This document shows, one piece after another, positions 1 through 7,933 of a stretch of 64,000 bases of DNA. Source of the stretch: Fimbriimonadia bacterium (GTDB taxonomy: Bacteria; Armatimonadota; Fimbriimonadia; Fimbriimonadales; JABRVX01); NCBI GenBank assembly GCA_041483895.1, contig JBGPGO010000003.1, positions 96,001 to 160,000 of the forward strand. Direction: 5' to 3'. The stretch's first letter is position 1. The number at the start of each line of letters is the position of its first letter. Below the pieces are notes generated by a model. That model made no database searches and was not told the origin of the DNA. It saw only the letters and a list, made by a program, of their open reading frames with translations. The translations under genes and the position numbers were made by a program.

Positions 1-485
1 TCCACCCGGATATGCTGGGAGGTCTCACAGACGTCACAATCATCCACGACCCGGACCAAGAATCCACCGATGTCGAGAAGGCGCTGACCTGGATTCTCAC
101 CAGCACGGACTCGCGGGATATCGTGCTGGCCGGCACGCGAAGCACGGAGATCGATCACATGCTGGGCACCCTCAGCGTTGCGGCGCGTTTCGCCCATGGG
201 TGCGATTTGCGGGCGGTGGAAGACAACCTGATCACCTATTTCGTCACCTATCGAGTCTGTCTCGATCTGGCTGTCGGCACCAAACTATCTCTGATGGGCC
301 TCGGCACGGCATCGGGCATTCGGACGGAAGGGCTGCGCTGGCCGCTGCGAGGAGAGAATTTGGCTCTCGGCGTCCGAGACGGCATCCGGAACGAAGTGTC
401 CGCACCAAAGGTGAAGATAAGCGTGCGGGAGGGCTGCCTGGCGGTTTTCGTCGAGCGCTGCCGCAGCGAGCCGTTCATTTGGTAA
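1..485 (+). CDS. thiN: Thiamine pyrophosphokinase (5'-truncated by window edge)
   Basis: DQESTDVEKAL, DHMLGTL and EGLRWPL...GIRNE motifs typical of TPK; frame is open to the window start. Confidence 0.85.
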   Translation, partial: HPDMLGGLTDVTIIHDPDQESTDVEKALTWILTSTDSRDIVLAGTRSTEIDHMLGTLSVAARFAHGCDLRAVEDNLITYFVTYRVCLDLAVGTKLSLMGLGTASGIRTEGLRWPLRGENLALGVRDGIRNEVSAPKVKISVREGCLAVFVERCRSEPFIW

Positions 486-1894
486 GGTTCGCGGCGGCGG
501 ACTACGTTGTCGTCCTCGTTTTCTTGATCATCGTGCTGGTCGTGGGGTTTTCCGCCAAAAGGGCCGCAAGGTCGCTCGACTACATCGTTGCCGGCCGCGC
601 GGTCACGCTTCCGGCGCTCGTCGCCACGTTGGTCGCCACATGGTACGGCGGCATATTGGGAATTGGCGAATATACGTACCAGTATGGAATTTCCAACTGG
701 GTGGTGCTCGGCCTGCCGTATTACATCTTCGCAATCCTGTTCGCATACCTATTGGCGCCCCACATTCGGGAGGCGGCAACCTATAGTTTGGCGGACCGCC
801 TGGCGCAATCCTACGGTCGATGGGCGGCGATCGTCGGCGGGGTTCTTACCTTCATCCTCGTAACGCCCGCGCCTTATCTGCTGATGATGGGCCTGCTTCT
901 CAGCCGGATCTTCGGCTTGAATCTTATCGCGTGTATGGCGATCGGGGGCGCAGTTTCCACGATCTATCTCTATCGCGGCGGTTTGGGCGCGGACATTCGC
1001 GTCAATATCGTGCAGTTTCTCGCCATGTACATCGGGATTGCCGTCATCATCCCGTTCTGCATCGCAAAGTATGGCGGCCTTGGTTTCCTCCGGGCAAACC
1101 TCCCGCAGGGGCATTGGACTTGGGACGGCGGCAATGGCACGCTGTACGTCATATCCTGGTTCTTCATCGCCCTTTGGACCCTGGTCGACCCCGGTTTTCA
1201 TCAGAGGGCGGCCGCCGCAAAGGACCCGATGGTGGCGAAGAAGGCGATCCTGTGGTCGGTTCTGCTCTGGTTCGTGTTCGACCTGATCACGACGACGGCC
1301 GGCCTATACTCCCGCGCCATACTTCGGGACGAGATCGTCTCCGACGCCACGAACGCCTTCCCAATCTTGGCCGAGCGTGTCCTCACCCCCGGCTTCCTGG
1401 GACTGTTCTATGTCGGCATGGCCGCAACCGTCATGTCCACGCTTGTCAGCTACGCCTTTTTGGGCGGGGTGGCCTTCGGAAGGGACATCGTCTGGCGGTT
1501 ACGGGCGCAGGAGACGGAAGATCGGCTCAACCGGTACACGCGGGTGGGCATTCTTGTCGCGACCGTCGCCGGCTTCATCATCGCCTACTACGTGCGCAGC
1601 GTCGTGGAGCTATGGTTCTCGCTTGGCTCCTGCATCATTCCTGGGCTGCTGCTGCCTGTCGTTCTTTCCTTCTTTCCCCGGCTGCGGCCGATGCCAAAGA
1701 CCGCCCTGGCCATGCTGTTCCTGGGCTCAGTGACCTCCACCATTTGGTTCATTTGGGGAACTTTGGAGATGGCCGGCGCATATCCGCTGGGACTGCTTCC
1801 CATGTACCCTGGGCTCCTCGTGACGCTTCTTTTGTATGCGGCGGATCGAATGTCGGCAGGAGGACGCCGGAAGGCCGCAGAAAGGTTGGCGTGA
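479..1894 (+). CDS. Sodium:solute symporter (SSS family), probably thiamine/vitamin uptake
   Basis: Many TM segments; DYIVAGR, ATWYGG, DPGFHQRAAAAK and AATVMST motifs; TTG at 479 overlaps the thiN stop (the ORF-track start at 200 is over-extended). Confidence 0.85.
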   Translation: MVRFAAADYVVVLVFLIIVLVVGFSAKRAARSLDYIVAGRAVTLPALVATLVATWYGGILGIGEYTYQYGISNWVVLGLPYYIFAILFAYLLAPHIREAATYSLADRLAQSYGRWAAIVGGVLTFILVTPAPYLLMMGLLLSRIFGLNLIACMAIGGAVSTIYLYRGGLGADIRVNIVQFLAMYIGIAVIIPFCIAKYGGLGFLRANLPQGHWTWDGGNGTLYVISWFFIALWTLVDPGFHQRAAAAKDPMVAKKAILWSVLLWFVFDLITTTAGLYSRAILRDEIVSDATNAFPILAERVLTPGFLGLFYVGMAATVMSTLVSYAFLGGVAFGRDIVWRLRAQETEDRLNRYTRVGILVATVAGFIIAYYVRSVVELWFSLGSCIIPGLLLPVVLSFFPRLRPMPKTALAMLFLGSVTSTIWFIWGTLEMAGAYPLGLLPMYPGLLVTLLLYAADRMSAGGRRKAAERLA

Positions 1895-2325
1895 TGACCG
1901 ATCCTAACGAAGAGCCGATTGCCGTTCCGGAAGACACCACAGGCCAGCCTGTTGCGCCTGAGCCCTATGCCCAGTTGCGATACGTGGACAATTCAGGCCG
2001 GACCGACACCCTATTCCATGTCGGCGTGAACTGCATCATTGGCCGGCACGATCCGGCGGTGGCCGATGTTGACGTGGACCTCTCCGACCTGCCGGATTCC
2101 AAGTTCGTGAGCCGCAAGCATGCCCGGATTTATCATGAAGAAGAGAAATGGATGCTGGCGGAATTCAATTCCGCGAACGGCACTTTTCTGTATGGCGAGG
2201 GCGGTCCCAATTTCGTAAAGGTTTCGGACCCGGTGGAGGTGAAGGAAGGCGACGAGATCGTGTTTGGCAACCTGCGTTTCCGCTTCGAAATCCCACCCCC
2301 GTTCCAGATCGAGGAAGAAAGCTAG
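1894..2325 (+). CDS. FHA domain protein
   Basis: IIGR...VSRKHARI...NSANGTF...GDEIVFG FHA signature; ATG overlaps the upstream TGA. Confidence 0.9.
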   Translation: MTDPNEEPIAVPEDTTGQPVAPEPYAQLRYVDNSGRTDTLFHVGVNCIIGRHDPAVADVDVDLSDLPDSKFVSRKHARIYHEEEKWMLAEFNSANGTFLYGEGGPNFVKVSDPVEVKEGDEIVFGNLRFRFEIPPPFQIEEES

Positions 2326-2383
2326 GCCGAACTGGTTTCGGAGGGGTGAAGAGCGAAAAGTTGCTGTATAATATGATCAGGCC

Positions 2384-2971
2384 ATGAGCTTGTGCCTACT
2401 GTTTTGTCGTCCGGGAGCCGGTTGCGTTCCAGGTGGCGGTTGCAATGAAGCTGGAGGGAAAATCGTGAATACCCACATACCGAAGGCGAACACCTTTCTC
2501 AATTGTCCTGCCGGTGGAGTACTATCCCTATTCGACGACAGTGGCAACACTTTCGTGCCCTCGTTCCATGACGGTTCGGACTTCGGTCCCTCGCACGGCA
2601 TCTTGGCCAAAATCCAGGATGTAACGAGCGGCGGAACTGTAATCAAAGGAATCGGAACGAAGATCTTCGAGGCGAACTCGGGAAGCAGCGGCCAGAAAGA
2701 CGTCCGGACAACGCCGTGCTCATTTCGCAAGACCCTCACCAGCCTTTACGTCGCGGTCGCGACAGGGAATGGCGACCTGTACGTCATGGCCACATCCGGT
2801 GCGGTCCCCAGCTCCTTTCCCCGCGCGCTAGGCGGCGAAGTTGGGATGGCAGCCGGAACGGCAAATGGAAACGGCGGTTTCGCGCCTGGCATTGTCATCG
2901 ACAACGAGGGTACCGCGATTATCGGAACGCAGAATGGCAAGATGGTAGCCGTTTGGCTTCCGCAGTCTTGA
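2384..2971 (+). CDS. Hypothetical protein, possibly a C-terminal fragment of a PQQ-like beta-propeller
   Basis: Blade-like motifs VATGNGDLYVM and IVIDNEGTAIIGTQNGKMVAV; no signal peptide; TATAAT just upstream. Confidence 0.45.
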   Translation: MSLCLLFCRPGAGCVPGGGCNEAGGKIVNTHIPKANTFLNCPAGGVLSLFDDSGNTFVPSFHDGSDFGPSHGILAKIQDVTSGGTVIKGIGTKIFEANSGSSGQKDVRTTPCSFRKTLTSLYVAVATGNGDLYVMATSGAVPSSFPRALGGEVGMAAGTANGNGGFAPGIVIDNEGTAIIGTQNGKMVAVWLPQS

Positions 2972-2979
2972 CGCGAACT

Positions 2980-3006
2980 GGCCCGGGGGCTTCGGCTCCC
3001 GGGCCC
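2980..3006 (+). terminator. GC-rich hairpin, likely terminator
   Basis: ggcccgggggc-ttcg-gctcccgggcc immediately after the stop at 2971. Confidence 0.55.
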
Positions 3007-3029
3007 GGATCGGTTGAAAGGTCATTTCA

Positions 3030-4388
3030 TTGAAGAATTATTATCTACCGGCAATGCTCCTCTGCTGGTTTTTCGGCGCTTCGGTCGGCGCTCAGATGTT
3101 CTGGAAAAATGAAATCTTATTGAAGGGCGCTTCCAGCTTTTATCCGCCGAATCTCCAGCAGCCGCTGGTAAACAGGCAAGGTGACGTTGCCTATTCCGCA
3201 AGACTTCCCGGTGGGTACCAGGATGTCTACGTCAACTCAACAAACGTCTCATCACTGGCATTGGGGAACGGTTCACATGGCGCTTGGGCTTCCATGATAA
3301 ACAACAGCGGACAGGTAACTTGGCAGGGATATGGGCAACAGGGAGGGGTCCGAGTTTTCGTGGATCAGGAGGACTGGTCCACAAAAGTGCTCGGCCCAAA
3401 TGACAAGAGACAGATCAGCGCGGATGGCATGGACGATAAGGGGATACCGGTTTTCCTGGCCGAACACACCACCGCGGGCGGCGTTGACGCGATTTATCAC
3501 GGCTACCAAAACCTCTCCGCAAACCTGGTTGCATCCGACCATCTGGGAAACTATGGTGGTCTCGTAAACGGACAAGGCGATGTCGCGTGGCGCGCCGGCG
3601 GCACTGCGGAATTTGGTTATGGATATCGAATCTTCAAGAACGACCAACCGCTTTCGGACCTTGTCTATGGCGGGCCGCAATGGAGTGCCACAAGCTTGTT
3701 GAAGGTCAACTCAAAAGGCCAGGTCGGTTGGAGCGGTTGGATGGGCAATGGCAATCATGTCTTCATCGATACTTTCGACTACAGCGCCGACTACTTTCAC
3801 GGCAAGGTGCACGACTCCGGCATAATCGGACTCAACTCCAAGGGCGATACCTTTTGGGCAGCATTGTATGATGGCAAGTCGGTCCTGTTCCTCGATCACA
3901 ACATCCTAGCGACGGAGGACGCCAACAACACTTCATTCTCGGTTTATTTCCTTTCCGAAAACGGCGTTGCCGTTTGGCAAGCCAAGTTGCCGGATGGGCT
4001 TTGGCACTTGTTCAAGAATACGACGCCGCTGGACACCTCATTGCTTGGTGCACACCCACAGATCTATCCCGGCGGCATCGACGACGAAGGCCACGTTCTC
4101 TGGCAAGGAAAAGGGGATGCCATGGGACCGAACGCCCACATGTTCGTGGATAACTTCGATCTCTCCGCAAGCGTCTTCCCCGACCACGAAAACTGGCACG
4201 CCGTGCCCATGGCGATGGGAGCAAACGGACATGTGCTATGGGCCGCCTACGATGTCCGCACCGGCCTCTACGACATCTACCGTTCCACCCCCGTCCCGGA
4301 ACCGTCGGCCGTCGTTCCAGTTGCGCTCTTTGCATGCTCGGGTTGGATGTGGCGGTCAGTTGGGAAGTGCTCTCGACGGCGCAGCTAA
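3030..4388 (+). CDS. PEP-CTERM surface protein with ~9 internal beta-propeller-like repeats
   Basis: Signal peptide; repeated (I/V)N.xG.V.W.G...(V/I)F.D units; C-terminal VPEPS, hydrophobic stretch and RRR. Confidence 0.85.
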   Translation: MKNYYLPAMLLCWFFGASVGAQMFWKNEILLKGASSFYPPNLQQPLVNRQGDVAYSARLPGGYQDVYVNSTNVSSLALGNGSHGAWASMINNSGQVTWQGYGQQGGVRVFVDQEDWSTKVLGPNDKRQISADGMDDKGIPVFLAEHTTAGGVDAIYHGYQNLSANLVASDHLGNYGGLVNGQGDVAWRAGGTAEFGYGYRIFKNDQPLSDLVYGGPQWSATSLLKVNSKGQVGWSGWMGNGNHVFIDTFDYSADYFHGKVHDSGIIGLNSKGDTFWAALYDGKSVLFLDHNILATEDANNTSFSVYFLSENGVAVWQAKLPDGLWHLFKNTTPLDTSLLGAHPQIYPGGIDDEGHVLWQGKGDAMGPNAHMFVDNFDLSASVFPDHENWHAVPMAMGANGHVLWAAYDVRTGLYDIYRSTPVPEPSAVVPVALFACSGWMWRSVGKCSRRRS

Positions 4389-4405
4389 GAGTTCAAGTGC
4401 GATGC

Positions 4406-4846
4406 CTACAATTGAAGCGCAAGCCGGAAGATCGACTCATAGAAGCCGGACCATTCCGCGTAATGCTCCGGTAGCTCATCCAGCCCCATCAGCGATGTCT
4501 GGCTAGAACGAGAGTCCGACGAGTGTGGCGGGAACGTAAGCAATTCCCCAACGAAAGCCATCGCTACCTCTTCACTATGGAGTTGGAAATAACCGAAGGG
4601 CCGGAGGTCCTTCGCGACGGTCCCCGCCTCTTCCATCAGTTCGCGCTCCGCGGCTTCCAGCGCGGTCTCCCCGGCCTCTATATGCCCGCTCGGAACGCAC
4701 CAGCCCCGGCCCGGAATGTCGGCGACCACAAAACAATCGCCGGAACGTACGAACGCAAGCACGTAGGAGGGAGGTCGCGGAGGTTCCAGAGAGAGGTGAA
4801 ATGTGATCGGCTGTCCGGCCCAGCTACCCCGAACGGGCTCTACCAC
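4406..4846 (-). CDS. NUDIX hydrolase
   Basis: Nudix box GHIEAGETALEAAERELMEEAG. Confidence 0.9.
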   Translation of the reverse strand: MVEPVRGSWAGQPITFHLSLEPPRPPSYVLAFVRSGDCFVVADIPGRGWCVPSGHIEAGETALEAAERELMEEAGTVAKDLRPFGYFQLHSEEVAMAFVGELLTFPPHSSDSRSSQTSLMGLDELPEHYAEWSGFYESIFRLALQL

Positions 4847-5313
4847 CGAACAACCTTGCCGACGATTCGCGATCGAGGAATGACGCCGAATATCCGGCTG
4901 TCCACACTGTCCATGCGGTTGTCGCCGACGACAAAGACATAGCCCGGCGGGATGCGGAACGGCACGCCCCTCGGCGCCAATTCCGAAGGCACCGGGTCGC
5001 CGTCCTCGAACATCAGTCGTTTCACGAGCAGGGAACTGTCCGGATCATCCGCGTCGCGCAGGATAACCACATCGCCCCGGTGGGCATCGCCGAATAGCCA
5101 AAAACCCTTGGTTATGAGCATCCGCTGTCCGTTCCACAGGGTCGGCTCCATGGAGCGGCCTTCCACTTCCATAGACTGGAAATTGAAGTACCCGAACGCG
5201 GCGACCCCGGCAAGCACAGACAAAACGACGGTGAACGGCCGAACCCGCGCGCGGTGAACTGGGGCAGCGGGAAGCGTTCGGGCCTCGAAAACGGTACCAT
5301 TCGACTCGCTCAT
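4840..5313 (-). CDS. lepB: Signal peptidase I
   Basis: TM then GRSMEPTL, LVKRL and VVGDNR..S.DSR.FG boxes. Confidence 0.92.
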   Translation of the reverse strand: MSESNGTVFEARTLPAAPVHRARVRPFTVVLSVLAGVAAFGYFNFQSMEVEGRSMEPTLWNGQRMLITKGFWLFGDAHRGDVVILRDADDPDSSLLVKRLMFEDGDPVPSELAPRGVPFRIPPGYVFVVGDNRMDSVDSRIFGVIPRSRIVGKVVRW

Positions 5314-5367
5314 ACCTCATAATAGTACGTCGAAATCGGTGCAAGATTTCCATAACCGGAGGATTTT

Positions 5368-5877
5368 TTGAATTCGGTCGCCGCAAACCTAGGAATCAGC
5401 CTGCAATCCCTACCGGGATGGGTGCTCGCTCTCTGCCTTCTGCAGGCCGTCACCCTCGTCGTCCTGATCTCCGTCTTTCGACAACAGACGCACCAGGCCC
5501 GCCGATGGCAGCGGCTGCTCCGGGATGTCAGCGGGCAGAACCTGCTAGAATTGCTTGAACAGAGCATCGAGATGAATCGGCGCCAGGAGGATCACCTTAG
5601 CTCGCTGGAGACGCGGGTTTCGAACCTGGACGCCCGAATGAACAAGAGCATTCGCAAGATCGGTTTGATCAAATACGACGCCTTCCCGGACGTGGGCGGC
5701 CAGCAGAGCTTTGCCCTCGCGATGATGGACGACGGCGGTGACGGGGCGGTGCTGACGGGCCAGTGCGGCCGTTCGGAAAGCCGAATCTTTGCCAAGCCGT
5801 TGACGGAAAAGCAGGCTCGCGTGGCGTTGACCCAAGAGGAGCTTGCCGCGATCCAGGCTGCCGAAGGATGGGATTGA
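5368..5877 (+). CDS. DUF4446-like membrane-anchored protein
   Basis: N-terminal TM, coiled coil, KYDAF.DVGGQQSFALA...RIFAKP...LTQEE. Confidence 0.75.
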   Translation: MNSVAANLGISLQSLPGWVLALCLLQAVTLVVLISVFRQQTHQARRWQRLLRDVSGQNLLELLEQSIEMNRRQEDHLSSLETRVSNLDARMNKSIRKIGLIKYDAFPDVGGQQSFALAMMDDGGDGAVLTGQCGRSESRIFAKPLTEKQARVALTQEELAAIQAAEGWD

Positions 5878-6470
5878 CCACACCCACCAAGCCCGAAGAG
5901 TCGCTGCTGATATTGCGGGCGCAGCAGGGCGAGCGTTCCGCCTTCGACGCGCTGGTTTCCCTCTACAAAACCCGCGCCTATCAATTCGCCATGAAGCTGT
6001 CGGGCAATGAAGACGATGCTGCGGACATGGTGGCGGAGGCGTTCATCCGGGCCTTCAAGGCAATTCAGAGCTTTCGCAGCGAGGCCAGCTTTTCTACCTG
6101 GCTTTTCCGAATTCTCTCGAATGCCTACCTGGACATGCACCGGCGGGACAAGAGCCGCAAGCAGGTCTCTATCGAGGAGACGATGGAGGGGGACGATGGG
6201 GAGATGCAGCGGCAATTCGCGGACGATGCGCCCAATCCCCAGGAGCTCGCCGAGCTGTCGGAGCGCTCCAGGGCCCTAAAAAGGGCGATTCGAACCTTGC
6301 CGCCAGACCAACGGCTCATGATCCTTCTCTTTCACTCAGAGGAGAAATCCTACGAGGAGATCGCCGATATCATCGGCCACCCGATTGGGACCGTCAAGAG
6401 CCGCATGAATCGGGCACGGCTAAACCTGCGAAAAATTCTGTCCGCCAACCCGGAACTTTTCCCCCCATAG
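5868..6470 (+). CDS. ECF RNA polymerase sigma factor
   Basis: DAADMVAEAFIRAF, FSTWLFRI, SYEEIADIIGHPIGTVKSRMNRAR; start is 5868 (ATG) or 5874 (TTG). Confidence 0.92.
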   Translation: MGLTTPTKPEESLLILRAQQGERSAFDALVSLYKTRAYQFAMKLSGNEDDAADMVAEAFIRAFKAIQSFRSEASFSTWLFRILSNAYLDMHRRDKSRKQVSIEETMEGDDGEMQRQFADDAPNPQELAELSERSRALKRAIRTLPPDQRLMILLFHSEEKSYEEIADIIGHPIGTVKSRMNRARLNLRKILSANPELFPP

Positions 6471-6480
6471 GGTAGTCAGA
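6452..6480 (+). promoter_or_regulatory. Candidate ECF-type promoter for the anti-sigma gene
   Basis: GGAACT-N17-GTCAGA at the 3' end of the sigma gene. Confidence 0.4.
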
Positions 6481-6504
6481 CATCTAACGCGGGATGAAAC
6501 GATT

Positions 6505-7161
6505 ATGAATTGCGAAAAAGTACAGGAACAGTTTAGCGAGTACAGAGAAGGGGCGCTCACCGAAGGGATGAGGCTCATTGTCAGGGAGCACCTGACTGCC
6601 TGTAGCGGCTGCAGGACCAGCTACACGCAGTTCGAGCACATATGGGGTTGGTTGGGGGATCTGGAGCCGGATCCGGTTCCCGCCAACCTATCTCACTATG
6701 TGAGCGGCCGCATTTCAGCCGCAGCCATGCAGTCCGAGTATGCCAGCCCGTTCCCTTGGTTCAAGTTCCTGCGGAATCTGGCCTTTGCGGGCGCCGCGGC
6801 AACCGCTCTGTTCTTCGCAGCCTTCCGAGTGGTGCCGCTTTTCAACGTCCAGTCTGCCGGTCCTGGCACAGAGGCTGTTATCCAAAGTCCTCACCTTGTA
6901 TCTATCGAAGGCAACTGGTCGATTCAATTCGATGCGAAGGAAAGCGGCACCGCCGAGTTGATTGAAGTTATGACGGATGGCGCCCGGCATACCGTTGATG
7001 AGTTCGCGGTTCCGAAAGGCGCTCCGGTAAGCATCTCACTCAGGAACTTCGCGGAGAGGAAAGAGACAACGGGTCTGATTCTTCGGTTGACATACGGTTC
7101 CAAGCAGAAAGAGATTTTATTTGATAAGCCGTTCCATGCCACAGGCAGCGAGGCAAGATAA
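6505..7161 (+). CDS. Zinc-binding anti-sigma factor (zf-HC2/ZAS)
   Basis: MNC...HLTACSGC (HxxxCxxC), a TM helix, directly after the ECF sigma. Confidence 0.88.
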   Translation: MNCEKVQEQFSEYREGALTEGMRLIVREHLTACSGCRTSYTQFEHIWGWLGDLEPDPVPANLSHYVSGRISAAAMQSEYASPFPWFKFLRNLAFAGAAATALFFAAFRVVPLFNVQSAGPGTEAVIQSPHLVSIEGNWSIQFDAKESGTAELIEVMTDGARHTVDEFAVPKGAPVSISLRNFAERKETTGLILRLTYGSKQKEILFDKPFHATGSEAR

Positions 7162-7204
7162 GATAGACGCTAGTTTTTCGGTTCGAGATTGTTGAGGACT
7201 CCTG

Positions 7205-7234
7205 ACCCCGTGGCTCCCACCTCCGCCACGGGGT
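7205..7234. repeat. Palindrome (REP-like or bidirectional terminator)
   Basis: accccgtggc...gccacggggt between convergent genes. Confidence 0.5.
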
Positions 7235-7289
7235 TGGTGTTATGTGCCTACGCGGGTCTCGGTGGTCGGCGGAGGGCCAATCGGACTTG

Positions 7290-7850
7290 TTATCCCTTCA
7301 CGATCTTCAGAATGTCCTTGAACTCTGCCGAGCCGCTCTCGTACATCCACTCATAGACCACGCTCTCGGTGTTCGCGATGATTGCCCCTGCCGCCTCCAT
7401 CCGCCGCAGGGCGTTCTTGTGGTTCTTCTTGTCCCGGCTGGAGACCGCGTCGAAGGGAATTCCGACCGTGTACCCCGCGTGGAGCAGGTCGTGAGCGGTC
7501 TGGTTGACGCAGATATGGGTCTCGATGCCGCACAAGATCACTTGCTTGCGCCCGGTGGTCTGCAGGTTCCGAGCGAACTCCTCCGCCCCAAAGCAGCTAA
7601 AGCATAGTTTGTCCGTGGTCGGGCAAGAGGACGGGAGTAACTCGCTGATGGCCGCAATCGTCCCTCCCATGCGCTCGGCGTACTGAACCGTGGCCAAAAT
7701 CGGCACGCCCAGCACATTTGCGCATCGGATCAGGAACTGGGAACGCTCGACAACCCGTTCTTTCTCATAGACGGGGTCGAGAAACGACTGTTGGACGTCA
7801 ACAACAACCAGGGCAGACTGTTCGCGGGTGAATAGCTTGGGACTTCGCAT
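7290..7850 (-). CDS. Isochorismatase/cysteine hydrolase family protein
   Basis: VVDVQ, K.CFSC and GIETHICVNQT motifs; ATG at 7850. Confidence 0.9.
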   Translation of the reverse strand: MRSPKLFTREQSALVVVDVQQSFLDPVYEKERVVERSQFLIRCANVLGVPILATVQYAERMGGTIAAISELLPSSCPTTDKLCFSCFGAEEFARNLQTTGRKQVILCGIETHICVNQTAHDLLHAGYTVGIPFDAVSSRDKKNHKNALRRMEAAGAIIANTESVVYEWMYESGSAEFKDILKIVKG

Positions 7851-7933
7851 AAGGCCAGTTTGCCAGAACCCGGCCCGCCGATACAATAATAATAGGTAGA
7901 CTTCGAGGTCGTCTCGTCGCAGGAGGTCCAATC

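Noticed and set aside
200..478. N-terminal extension of the SSS transporter (and similarly 820-1893 for the FHA gene)
   Set aside because: Arg/Pro-rich off-frame read-through overlapping real genes
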